A stretch of 64,000 nt of DNA from Phyllosticta citribraziliensis (taxonomy: Eukaryota): assembly GCF_038025025.1 (NCBI RefSeq), contig NW_027117346.1, positions 744,001 to 808,000 on the forward strand, read 5' to 3'. The notes beneath the pieces are model-generated. The model ran no database searches and was not told the DNA's origin. It saw only the letters and a list, made by a program, of their open reading frames with translations. A program made the translations under genes and the position numbers. Shown piece after piece: positions 52,016 through 63,544 of the stretch (its first letter is position 1; each line of letters begins with the position of its first letter).

Positions 52016-55000
52016 TTCCAATGCATGCTCCTGGACTCTTTGAAGATCAATTTACTCAGATACCCAAGACTGGTGGATTACATTGATGCCGTTGCCCGTG
52101 GGCTACCAACATGCCCTTGCGCAGAACTGGCCAATCCGTGCGGTCCCGATAAAGCGAGGTTGTGCAATGTTACTCGCATGCTGAATATGCAGGAGAAGGA
52201 GAGACGATCGATCTTGGAATATCATCCAATCACGCCATGACTGCAACAGCCTTTCCAAGCGTCTTGCAGATTTGTACTGCTCGTGTTCTGCTCTTCACCG
52301 CAGCCCTCATCCGAGAGAGGCCGAAGTCGGAACAGCAGCGCCAATCGAGACTGTTGCACAGCATGGTCGCACAGTGTGACCCAAACAATGCGAAAAAAAG
52401 GATGCATTTCCCGATTCATCTCCCAATATCGATCAGACCTTTCAAGCGCACCAAAGCGCGTGTTGGTAGTCCTTTTCACCAGGGCCCGCTCCGTATTGGC
52501 CAACTACCCAAGCAGACAATGGGATACCTGTGACCATCGTTTGATAAACAATTCCAGATCACAGCGGCAGCTGCCCGACACCAAAGACGAGGATTGGTTG
52601 ATGATCATCCCCTGCAGGGCGCAGCGGCAGGCGGGGGAGAAAGACGCTAATGCAAGTAGCGCATCTCCACACGCAACTCCGGGTACACGCAGATGCTACG
52701 TTCAAAGCAACCAACCCGACCAATAGGCTCCGCCCGTCAAACGCATGTAGCCGATGCTTCCATTTGCAGGCGTTCGAAGTTGGACGAGCCGCCAATCAAA
52801 CAAGAATGGCACGAAGTTTGATGCAAAGTCACACATACATCTCCACTACGTTCAAAGTTGCAGACCGGCGAATCATGCCGCGTCGTGGACTCGCAAAAAT
52901 ACCGCGCTCTGCGTCCGATGTTGCTGGCTGCGCCAATGATCAGAAGGATGCCTGCGTCTTGCGCTTCGCAGACGTCCGAAGTTGCGCGGCCGATCCAATC
53001 AGCGCGCTCGCAGCGTCTTGTCGAGGGCGACCTGTGTCTTGTGGTCAGGAGCGTCTTCATTTTGGCCGCGGTGTTTCGCAGCTTGATAGACTGTCCACGT
53101 AGTCGATTTCCCAGTAATTTTGAAGACAGCATAATGAGTCGCAGCAGCATTCGGTTGTCGCTTCGCTGAGGACTTGAACGTCTCTTGGCAACTTTCCTAA
53201 CGCGGCTAGCGCTGCTTTCCGGTCTTCGCAAGGAAGCTTTGCTATGTCACTACACACCTCTTCCTTGCAAATCAAAGGCTTCTCACGGCGTGTCCATGCG
53301 AAACTGTACAATTTGGCCTTGGTGCTGCGTAACAACGCCGCAACACGAGTCTGCTGAGAGGCGCCTGCATGCGTCCGAAACTGGAAAGGAACCGCAACTT
53401 CAAACGTAGCATTTGCGAAAATCGTTCATAAGTCGTTTGTATCTCGTTCAAAACGTGTTGGACGGGCGGAGATCGCTCGGGCCACCGTCCAGCTTACTGG
53501 TTCTGGCGTCCCTTGCCTCGTCTTTGTCCGTGGGCATTGTTTTGGGGGGGAAATGAGCTGCCTGTGCTATCTGCCTGTGTTATCTGCTTGTGCTCCAATC
53601 TTGGAACAAGAAGCGAGGTCCTTGTGCGGAGTTGACGCCTTCGGTTGGGGCTGTGGTTGAGGGTGGGGGCAGAAGTGAGGGCACAAGTGAGATCATCTTG
53701 GGCCATGAATGGGTACGTCGTCTTGTTCGGATCCCCAACCAATTGGGACCGTGGTTTCCGAGTGCAGGGCTAGAGAAATGATGAAGAGGGACCACATAAG
53801 CCTGGTTTTGGCATTGCATGATTTCCCAAAAGGGCTGGCTCCTCGGTCTTCATGACAGGCTACCGGCTCAACAGCACTTCGTCTTTCGACCGTCGGATGC
53901 CCAGGGATTCAAGCGTCAACCATGGTTTTTGACCACTCTCACCACCCTCTCTCTTGTGGTTCAGGTTTGTGACCACATCGCAATGCGCACAGACATATCG
54001 TCCACCAAGTTCTTTGGTTCGTTGGGCCATCCGTTTCGAGAACAGGGACATTCACGCCCTGGGCATGTCGACCCATGGATTGTCGCGAGAGGCTGTGCTC
54101 GAAGACCCAGGTCACATCGACCTGAGGGTTAGCCAGAGAAGCAAATCCAGGGAATCGCAGCTTGAGAAAGTTTCGAGCGTTGGAAATTGTGGCTCTGTAG
54201 GCTCAACAGAGAAGGGGGTCCGGAAATTGAACAACGACAATTTTTCAACAAGTGAAGCCCAAACAGGCCCAAACCATCGATGGCTGTGGCAAGCTCAACA
54301 TGTGGTGGTGATTCGGTCGTCAAAAATGTTGTAGGTAGCATTGCTCGCTGCGCTCTGGCGCACATCGTCTTGACCATAGCCTTATTTTTCTATATTTCCC
54401 ACTGAAACGGACGCGAGCAACAGGTTCATTTTGCTGAACAATCGGAAAAGAACAAACTGGCCTGCACCCGAGAATGTGCTTACCGTGGTTGACAATTTTC
54501 TCCAGCTTGGCGTCTCTGTGGACATCGAGTGTTGAGACGAAGCCCTGAGGCCAGATCTACGTCCAGCTCTGGAACTGATTACGCTCCTGCGTTTGCTTCA
54601 TGAGATGCATCGGCCAGATAGCATTTGCTCAACGCCGTTTGAGAGCCGTTCTTGCAATTTTGGACGAACAATAGGCGCAGAGATGCTCATCTCGGGGTTG
54701 TGTTGATGGGGAGCTTTTCGACATGATAGGTTGGTGGCAGAGGCGAATTCGACAGAGGTCAAAGAAGGAATTACGATGCCACACTCGAAAGCCTGGTATT
54801 GACGTGCACACCGAGTCGTTAGAAGGCAGCCGATGTAGATGTAATTGCAGAAAGCCTGAAAGCTGAGGGAGGTGCCAGTGACATTTTTCCTTGCAGGCAG
54901 GGATCTCTTGCTTACGTCACGCCTCTCCTGCATCGTGTCCAGACGTGAGCTTCCTCACAACAGCAGTTTGCGACATCCACCACCCAATTCGACCTGGAAT

Positions 55001-55028
55001 CGCCCTCGAGGCTCACACACTGTGCACG

Positions 55029-56031
55029 ATGAACATCTTCAGGTTACTGGGTATGTCTGCATTGCCTTCCTCTCAATGGCCTCGCCCTGAGCCTGCCCAA
55101 CAAAGCTCGAGCTTGCTGGCAAGCAGAACAAGACCATGCTAACATGAAATCGATTCGCAGGGGACTTGTCCCACCTCATATCGATCTTGATCCTGCTCCA
55201 GAAGATGAAATCGACAAACGTACGTCCTTGACCCCGCCAGCGAACGCTATGCTCGAGAGCAAGCAAAGCTCCCGACAGCTCCGTAACGAGCTTGCGACGC
55301 GCCCAACACAAACGCGACGCTGACCTGGGGCGACAATTTGGCAGAGCGCAAATGGCATCTCGTTCAAATCGCAGTTCTTGTACCTGATGGTATACGTCAC
55401 ACGCTACATTGACCTCCTCTGGACCTTCTACGACCCCGGCGCGCTCTACAACACCATCTTCAAGATCATCTTCATCTCGTCGGCGGCGTACACCGTCTAC
55501 CTGATGCTCAACGACTACAAGCCGACTCACGACCCCAACCTCGACACATTCAAGGTCCAATACTTGTTGGGTGCGAGCGCGGTCATGGCCATCTTGTTCC
55601 CCTACAAGTACACCCCAACCGAGGTGCGTGAATCCCGTTGGGTTGAAAGGGCAAGCTTGAGGAAAGGCTGACGATTTCAGATGCTCTGGTCATTCTCAAT
55701 TTGGCTAGAGTCGGTCGCCATCTTGCCGCAGCTCTTCATGCTGCAGCGCACTGGCGAGGCCGAAACGATTACGACCCACTACCTCTTCGCATTGGGCGCA
55801 TACCGAGCGCTCTACATTCCAAACTGGATATACCGCTATTTCGCCGAGGGCTACGTTGACCCCATCGCTCAAATCGCGGGTATCATCCAGACCATTCTGT
55901 ACTCGGACTTTTTCTGGATTTACTACACAAAGTGAGTGAAACAACATGGAGGTTGGAGCGTGACGGCGCATGATGCTGACGAAATATTGTCCAGAGTTCT
56001 TCAAGGCAAGAAGTTCAACCTCCCCGTATGA
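55029..56031 (+). CDS. ERD2: ER lumen protein-retaining (HDEL) receptor, 5 exons
   Basis: [61 protein letters not shown], ends [11 protein letters not shown]. Confidence 0.97.
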
Positions 56032-56301
56032 GGAGTTTCCGCAAAGTTTTGGGGCGTTCTTCACGCGCGAGAGTATACCCGATGTCGGAACGTACGCACT
56101 TTCTAGCATCTACTGTAGTAGTGCGCTGAAAGGGCTTCAGATTGTTGCAGCACGAATCTGCGCAACACCGTCAATACCGGCTGTCTCGCCGATTTGGAGG
56201 GGTTGCGCAGATGTCGATTACTCGGCAGCTAGTAAGTACGGGCTTGGAGGACTGTTTTGTTACCCTAGAGAAATGGATATGGATTGAATGAGAATACTTC
56301 C

Positions 56302-58033
56302 TCAGTGATGGTCTAGAAGCTTCTGAGTCCGCAGCAGCTCGTGGAAATTCGAGGGCTTCTGAGCAGGATCGGCTTCCGCGTCACTTGAAGTTGGTTTAGG
56401 CGCGCTAGCAGAATGAAACATTCGCTCAGACATCCCCTTTCGACGATGTCTTGACACCGTGGATTGTGCAGATGAACAGTGTGTCTGAACGGCCTCAGCA
56501 AACGCTCGAGCGACCGCTCGAATGTGAATTTTGTTGCTCGCCCAATCCCCAATGATGAGCCACAGTTTCCGCCATGAGGCTTTGAGGGGAAACGGTGGAT
56601 CCGACATCCAGTGGTCACGACCTGAAGTCCTCAACATTGCTTAGTTGAAAACCGCGTCGCCTGCTTTGTGGAGTGGATGTCGCAGACAGAAGTGAAGACA
56701 GGCCGAAAGACGCCCCAAAGCTACGTCCAATATAAAGGGAGGGAGTGCCTCGAGGAATAACTCTCGAAGCGCACAAGTCGTGCAAGGCCCTTCCGTCGCG
56801 AGCAACCTAAGTGTCTCCACCGCGAGCCCCATCATTTTGGATTGACACCACCGATATTGTCAGGACCCCGTTGCAGTATCATCGGCTCTCGACTCCTTGG
56901 TTCGATATGGGCCCCGCGATTCAGACGATCTTCGCGATCTTGACAAGCCCGCCGCCCTTGTTTGTTACTGCGCTGGTAGGACCCTGGCGCGACGACCAAG
57001 TCAACCTTATTTGAACGACGATGAAGCGGCTTGTTGCTTTGCGGTGCAACATAGGAGGTTTTCGGCGGTCGCGCGTTGCTGTTGAGGGTACAGGCGCTTG
57101 CGTTGCCATTCGAGGCGTGCTGTGAGGTCGATCAGCCGGACTTCTCGTTGACCTCCGTTTGGAAATACTGAAGTGTTCATCAGGACTTTTATTGGCCAGT
57201 AACTCGCCTTTGTTCGTACGAAGGTCGCTGGAAAAGCTCAAGTCGCCGAAGTCTGTCAAGCTTTCGGGCTTTTCCAGCGTCGCGACGCGTTTTCGCTCCA
57301 AGTTGCGGATAGGCTGCTTGGGACAGGTCCACATCAAGCTGGTCGCTCCAGGATACAAAGGTCGTCATTCGAGGTCTTTTTCCAGTAGGCCTTGTCAGAA
57401 CACTCGATTTCGAGCAAGAAGAAAGAGCTAGAAGACGTTGAAAATGAAGGAAAGAGAGGGATGGTGATGCAAGAAAAGTATGCGCTTCGGCACCGGAATA
57501 TCTCCCAAGACCCGGACGAAGTGCCGGTGTAGCAACACCAGAGATGCCCCCATCGGTCTCGGCTTAGGGCACAGACGCGGCGATTCCCATGGTAGAAGAA
57601 TTTGTCCTGAGGCCAACTCAGTCAGGGGCGCGAATATGCTCCGTATGGATGAACAGCAGCTCGCTTTGAGCTCTGAAAACACGATACCAGTCACAATTCC
57701 CAACCACCGATCGCACAAGGACGTCGTCTCCGCTCTCTACTCTTGGTACTGACGCTGTATGGCCTCCTTACTGTCTCCAATATCTTACCAAGACAATTCG
57801 ACCTACATTGCTGCCCACGATTTGGTGGGAGTACCTGCCGCTGGATGTCGGTCGCCCAGCCATGACTTCTTCGATACCGATGCGCAAATTGGCGTCTTTG
57901 GTCTCAATGTTCCGTTCCCATGATCCTCAACGGACATCGTGCTTTCAGGCGTCCCGCTTCGCAACGGAACGCTAGCCCCTTTTGCATAATCCCTTTCGAC
58001 AGCCACACTTCGCGAGGAGAGAAGTTCAGTCAC
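56302..58033 (-). pseudogene. Probable decayed gene of unknown family
   Basis: Collinear minus-strand ORF fragments: 57803-58033 and 57428-57718 share a frame broken by TAG/TAA/TAG; 56641-56835 and 56302-56637 share a frame broken by one TAA. Confidence 0.4.
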
Positions 58034-58043
58034 GAAATACTAC

Positions 58044-58162
58044 AGCCTACCAGCCATCCAGGGCTCTCTTAGGGCTGATCCATATCTTCTCATGCCCGAT
58101 TTCGACTTTATAGCCTACCAGCCACCCTAGGACTGACCCATCTCTTTTCATCCACGATTCGA
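58044..58162. repeat. Degenerate direct repeat (~50-60 bp, 2 copies)
   Basis: agcctaccagcca...tagg(g/a)ctga(t/c)ccat(a/c)tctt(c/t)tcat...gatt(t)cga starting at 58044 and 58112. Confidence 0.75.
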
Positions 58163-58960
58163 GCGTTCGAGTTCTAGCTCAAACTGGCAAGCCCTCGATC
58201 GCCCTCATCACTCTCCTGTCCATGGCCATGTTGTTTCCACGGTAGTATGTCATAGTCATATTCCCTTCTCGCTCACTGACCAAAACTCTCCTAGTCTCTC
58301 CATAAAAAAACATCTGCGGCAGTCCCAACTGTCGCGGTCGCGATTTCATGTGCTAGATCAGCATGTGTTTTGAGGCTGCTGTCACTTCAGGATGCTTTGA
58401 GCTTTGATGCTCGCATTCATCAAAAGAGGCTGGTGAGAGATCAGACTGGCGAAGCATGCGTCACTGTCACCGTTCTGAGTATCCAAAGGGGCCCAGGGTT
58501 GCGGGAGACACTGCACTTGTTTTGTCGCAATGGCCATCGGAGTGATTGGATCCCGGACTTTCATCAACCCTGGCTTCACAGCGGTCGATCTCGTTCAGTA
58601 GCTAACATTGGTCTTCGTTCGGTTCTAACTCAATTCACTCTCTGGGCATCCGGTACGCTAACGACCCACATTGCACAGCAACGTTGGTGTCGAAGCTTTC
58701 CCCATTCGTATACACTCAACGGAGAACTCTGGATCGATGACTGATCAATTCATGTGCAAATGCTCGTCTATGAGCCTGCGGCTTCTTGCACCTTTTCCAT
58801 CGAAGTTCTCTTTTCCACTTTCACAGCTTTCTCTCTCACAGACGTCCTTTCACAGATTTCTCTTTCACAGCTCTCCAGCTTCCAAGAGACCTTCTCCCCA
58901 CACATCCACCACTCCTCGTACCCCTTCTCACGGCATCAAGAGATACCACAAGTCTCAGGC

Positions 58961-60379
58961 ATGTCTTCTTCTTCCTCCCCTGTTGACCTGTACAAGCCCC
59001 AGCAGCGTGGATACGTCTGGCCCTCTCCCCCGTCATATGCAGAATTTGGTAAGCTTTCTCCCGTCCATAAAGGCAGCTATATTTACTGACTTCCCACAGA
59101 TCCCAACGTCACCAACGCCGCCGATTATGGCGATCCCTGGGCCGGAGTCAAGGCCCACGGCAGGATGGTGGACGCGGCCGTCTTGAGCGGCAATCCCTGC
59201 ATCTATGGCAGCCACACGAAGAGGCAGGGCGACTGCAGAGACTGCTCGACCGTCGCTCTTTTCCGGATCCTCAAGGGTCGCAAGGGAAATCTCAAGAAAG
59301 AAAGCGGCCAGTCGACGGCCCACAAAGCCGACACGCCATGCCTCGACCTGTACCTCGAGTACACGGCCATGAAGAAGGCGGAGAACGCCGGGAAGTCGAG
59401 CTGCAAGGAGTTCGACCAGTTCGTCAACAACGAGCTCAAAGGCCAGGTCCGCGTGTGCGCCAATGCCCCTACAAAGCACTGGGTGAAGACGAACTTCTGG
59501 CTCTCGGAAGACGGGGCTCTCTACTGGGGTAACGGTGACGGCAAACAGCGCCAGATCAAGCGGGAGGACGGCTCGAAGACCCAGGGCCGCATCATGCGCG
59601 ACTACGAAGCAGCAGAGCTGGTCCACGACATCCACCAAAAAGATCACTGTGGGCGAGACGCCTTGATCGCCCGGATCCAGCAAGAGGGCTATAAGCCCCC
59701 TGTCAAGGAAGTCGTCACTGCCTGGATCGGCGACTGCACCGGCTGCGACCGCGGCACCAAGAACCGGAAGCGCAGCCGGGACGACTCGACTCCTGCCGCG
59801 GTCTCCGGCCCCCCTTCCAAGAGACAGAAGGCCGACCCCCGGGCACCCAAGAGGAAAGAGCGCAAAGATTCAACGAGGCCGACTCCTGATGTCGTCCCCG
59901 CAGAAGCCGCCCTGCTCCCCACTGCCCCTGCCCCTGCCACCCCCGCCATCACCGCCGAGCTTCCTGAAGAAGCCATCCAGGAATTTCCAATTGACCCCCT
60001 GGACTACCTGCTTTGTCCCTCCTCGGAAGTTCTGGTGGAGCAACACAAAGAAGCGGCCCCTCAAGTCCTTCAAGGCCTCCCCGCGGAAACCCCACAGTTC
60101 TTTCCTCTCCTTGCTCCCGCCGCCCCCGCCATCAACGCCGAGCTTCCTCACGAAGCCTTCCAGGACGTGGACGAGTTCGGCGTCGCAAGCTTGGAATTTC
60201 TTTTGGAGGGCGTATACGACGAGGCGGAGTTCAACGCAACCGTCGAGAGCGTCGAGAACGCGGCCCAGGAATGGGGCATCCCGGAAAACACCCAAGCCTC
60301 CCCCGCCGACTTGGACATTACCTGGTTCGACGTGGACGGCACGCTGGCGAGGCAGGATGCTTCTCGGTCTTCTGGATGA
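58961..60379 (+). CDS. Stand-alone integrase zinc-binding (H2C2)-domain protein with basic NLS-like clusters and acidic tail, 455 aa, 2 exons
   Basis: Exon 58961-59048, intron GTAAGC..ACTGAC..CAG 59049-59099, exon 59100-60379, in frame with the 404-aa ORF. Motif IHQKDHCGRDALIARIQQEGYKPPVKEVVTAWIGDCTGC; strong G/C third-position bias. Confidence 0.75.
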
Positions 60380-60492
60380 TACCCCTTGGCGCTCGGGGTC
60401 CTGGATTTCACTCAGATTCTTTGTTTGTTTTGATAACCCCTGGCGCTTGGGACCCTGGATTTCACTCGCCTCTCTTGTTTGCTTTGACAACC
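60377..60492. repeat. 54-bp tandem duplication starting at the H2C2 gene stop codon
   Basis: tgataccccttggcgctcggggtcctggatttcactc.. at 60377 and tgataacccctggcgcttgggaccctggatttcactc.. at 60431. Confidence 0.85.
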
Positions 60493-60944
60493 ATTGTCTT
60501 GATCCCCGCTTTTGTTGTTTTTCAACCATTTATTTGCATGCGATACCCCTTTCTATTTGTATGGTTGTTCGGCGCACGCATATGGATGGGCCTCTGCACA
60601 TTGTTTTTGGTGTTGGAATATAAGCGCATACTTCGCGTTTTTTTTTTTTTCTTTCTTCTCATCTTCTGTTTCTCAACCTGATCGATATCTGCATTTTGCT
60701 GGAGTCACATCTGCATTTATTCCACATACCCAAACAGCACACGATCTTGATGAATATCAGCTTTTCCACCCTTCAATATTTTCCCTAAAATGTAACTTTG
60801 ATCGTGGTGATATGGAACTGTGATGGTCGTGATTTCGCGTGATGAGATACAACAATAGCTCCTTTCAGAGCTTGTTTGCAGCCAGTACTTGACAATGATG
60901 TTTGCTGTAGTGCACTATCGATTGCCATGAGTAGTGCTGTGCGG

Positions 60945-61005
60945 GTGGCATTACCTTGAGTGGCATTACCTTGAGTGGCATTACCTTGGGCGGCATTACC
61001 CTTGA
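60945..61005. repeat. 15-bp minisatellite (GTGGCATTACCTTGA) x4
   Basis: Units start at 60945, 60960, 60975 and 60990; the last two are slightly degenerate. Confidence 0.92.
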
Positions 61006-61087
61006 CCCACGCTTCGTTCATGCGCGCACGGCCGATGGTGCCATGACTCAAAGAGATCAAAACGAGGGCTGTGAAGTGGGCCAGGGA

Positions 61088-61362
61088 GCATTCGTTGACC
61101 TGGGGAGGATAAAGGCAGGAGGGAATCAGGCTACGACCGATCAAGGCGACAAGGAGGCTTCGTGCTTCAAGGTGGGTGTCGTTGGGGAGCATTCACGTCC
61201 GTTGACAGCCAGAGTCAAGGGGCATTCATCGGCCTGGGGAGGATGTAGACAGGAGGCAATCAGGCTACGGCCGATCAAGGCGACAAGGAGGCTTCATGCT
61301 TCAAGGTGGGTGTCGTTGGGGAGCATTCACGTCCGTTTACAGCCGGAGTCAAGGGGCATTCA
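61088..61362. repeat. 134-bp tandem duplication
   Basis: cctggggaggat..caggagg(g/c)aatcaggctacg(a/g)ccgatcaaggcgacaaggaggcttc..gagtcaaggggcattca at ~61099 and ~61233. Confidence 0.92.
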
Positions 61363-61413
61363 AGTGACGGTCGACCAGGGTTCAAGGGGTCTTCAAGCTC
61401 TCATGAAGGACGT

Positions 61414-62166
61414 TCACAAGGAGCATCCGAGCGACAACACGTGGAGATTGCGGTTCAGCCTCAAGATTATAATATCTGTCGGGCAGGACCTGCAGAGCCG
61501 GCGCATTGGGAAACCTGTCGAGCTGCACCTCGATGGAACCTTTCCATCCGATGAGAGTACGAAGGCAAACTTCCTGCGCTCTTCTTGTTGCATGTCCAGA
61601 TCATATCTCTCGACAACGCTGTTCGCGACGCAGTAACAGTTCTTGCAAAGCTTTCCAACAAGACCCTGGTACGCCGGATTGTAGACTTCGCCCCTGACCG
61701 TCTCCTCCCAAGTTGAACAGATGCACTCCATTTCAACCGGTTCGACCTTGGAGGCGGCAAATGTTGCCCTCGCCTCCTTCCACTGCTCCAAGTCTTCGAC
61801 GGTAGCGTCGGGCGCACCATGGAGGTACCAGTATGTGTAGCAGGCGTCGCAACAGAGAAATGCGACTGGTGCTTCCTTGAGTTGCGTGGCCCGGAACGCG
61901 CCCTCGATGTCAGCCTTGGGGGAGTTGGGGATCTTGAGCGGTCGGCCACAGACGCATCGGTCGTTCTGGGCTTCGAGTTGGGAAACCCGACCGGCGACGT
62001 CGTCTGACTGCTTTCGCCACTTCTTGATGATGAATGGCACCCAGTCACCAAAAGTGTCTTGAGGCGCCGCAACAGAGACGACGCGGTGTTCTTGGCTTGG
62101 GCGAGAGCATCTCCTTCCATTGTTATTGCAGCTCCATGTGCTGCGATACTCGTAGGGAGCGTTCAT
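61414..62166 (-). CDS. Cys-rich protein with repeated GATA-like zinc-finger motifs; possibly the 3' remnant of a larger disrupted gene
   Basis: RCVCGR...LCCDACYTYW; ECICS...KLCKNCYC; RCSS...RLCRSC. Upstream minus-strand frames (to ~63000) are broken by stops and shifts. Confidence 0.5.
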   Translation of the reverse strand: MNAPYEYRSTWSCNNNGRRCSRPSQEHRVVSVAAPQDTFGDWVPFIIKKWRKQSDDVAGRVSQLEAQNDRCVCGRPLKIPNSPKADIEGAFRATQLKEAPVAFLCCDACYTYWYLHGAPDATVEDLEQWKEARATFAASKVEPVEMECICSTWEETVRGEVYNPAYQGLVGKLCKNCYCVANSVVERYDLDMQQEERRKFAFVLSSDGKVPSRCSSTGFPMRRLCRSCPTDIIILRLNRNLHVLSLGCSL

Positions 62167-63544
62167 TCGCTACTACGCGTGCGCTTGAGGAGCATTCGTG
62201 TACCACTATAGTTGCGCTTAGGAAGCAGTCGGTCATTGCCGCAGCCAGACCGTGGGAGTTTCATTTCTTTCGACACCCGCTGTGGGAGTATTGGTCTGCC
62301 GGTCCGACACCTTGTGCCAGTGCATGGGCGTCGTTAAGGTCCTTCCAAAGAGGCTGTTCTATCCCAGGAGGAACGGCCAGTCTCGCTTCCGCGCGTACCG
62401 TCGGGGTGCGCTACCTCCCATTGGACTTCGTCTTCGAGATGCAATGTGTTGAAAAGGTCCGTCTGCTGTGGAGAAACCAGGCGTGGGAAACATATCCACG
62501 GGCTTGTATGGATACCGACCACCAGAGGCTTCAGCTCGTTTGTAGAGGTGTGAACAGGGAGGCTTCGTATCCATCGGCACGGTACATACGAGGAGGCTCC
62601 GAGATTCTCGTCGAGTGATTCGGCTGTCGATACACCCCCGGGTGCGAGAGGTGCGAGGAGTCGTCATGAGGTTTCCCATTGTGATCCGATTGCACATGAC
62701 CTGACCGGTCACGCCTCCAACGTGTAAGGTAGAGGAAGGTGCTTTGGCGGCTCTTGACAGGCGACCTTGCGAGAGTTTGGCATTGCTGAGTGGCAAGCGC
62801 ATGGTGGTCGTGCTGTCTGTCTCGATGTTGCTGCAGTTTGTGAGGCGTTGTTGATGGCATATTCGGCCAGGTGGAAGGTGGCGAGGATAGAGTTGTTGGA
62901 CAGCTTCACGAGAAGACGATGGAAGGGGCAAGCCATGTGGTTGGCATGAGAGAGGCGCATGGAGGGCTCCAGAGAGGTGCGGCGAAGATGGTCGTTGGTA
63001 GAGGGCCGTCGCGAGTTCCCAATACGGCTTCAAGCAAAGTCATGGCCAGAGGCGTTCCAGGTGAGCTCAACACGAGGCGGGAGGTCGATGGTCGGAAAGA
63101 GACATGTTGACAACGAAGGCCCCAGATGATGACGGCGGGAGTCTCTCATGCTGGCATTAGATGCATTGCTCGAGTCGATGGTTGCGGAGGCAGAGGCGGT
63201 GGTGATGGAAAGGCGTGGGTGGCATCAGTCGGGGGAAGGCGCGTTGATTGCGGTGCGGTTTGCAGTTGCGCCCACGAAGACAACATCGTCCAGCGGTTTC
63301 CGTAAATAGCACGCGTCCAGAAAGTGAGCAGCAATGGAGACTGCAACAACTTCAACTTCTCTGCCGTGGCATGTCGTCGCTTTAAGCCGACTCTCAACCT
63401 TGTTCTTCACTACTCGGCTACCCACTGAATCCCTGCCGCAGATCGCGCCCTGGCCAAATTTTTCTGATGGCCCGCCTCTCGTCTCGCGCTTCGGCCAACC
63501 GCCGCCGTCGCCTTCGACAAACTCGTTCCACCAGCGACGATGTC

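Noticed and set aside
59165..60379. Autonomous LTR retrotransposon or Ginger transposase
   Set aside because: No DDE core, RT, RNase H, gag or terminal repeats visible.
60945..61362. Repeats superficially like a CRISPR array or LTR pair
   Set aside because: Units are contiguous with no unique spacers, there are no cas genes, the DNA is eukaryotic, and there are no TG..CA ends or internal domain.
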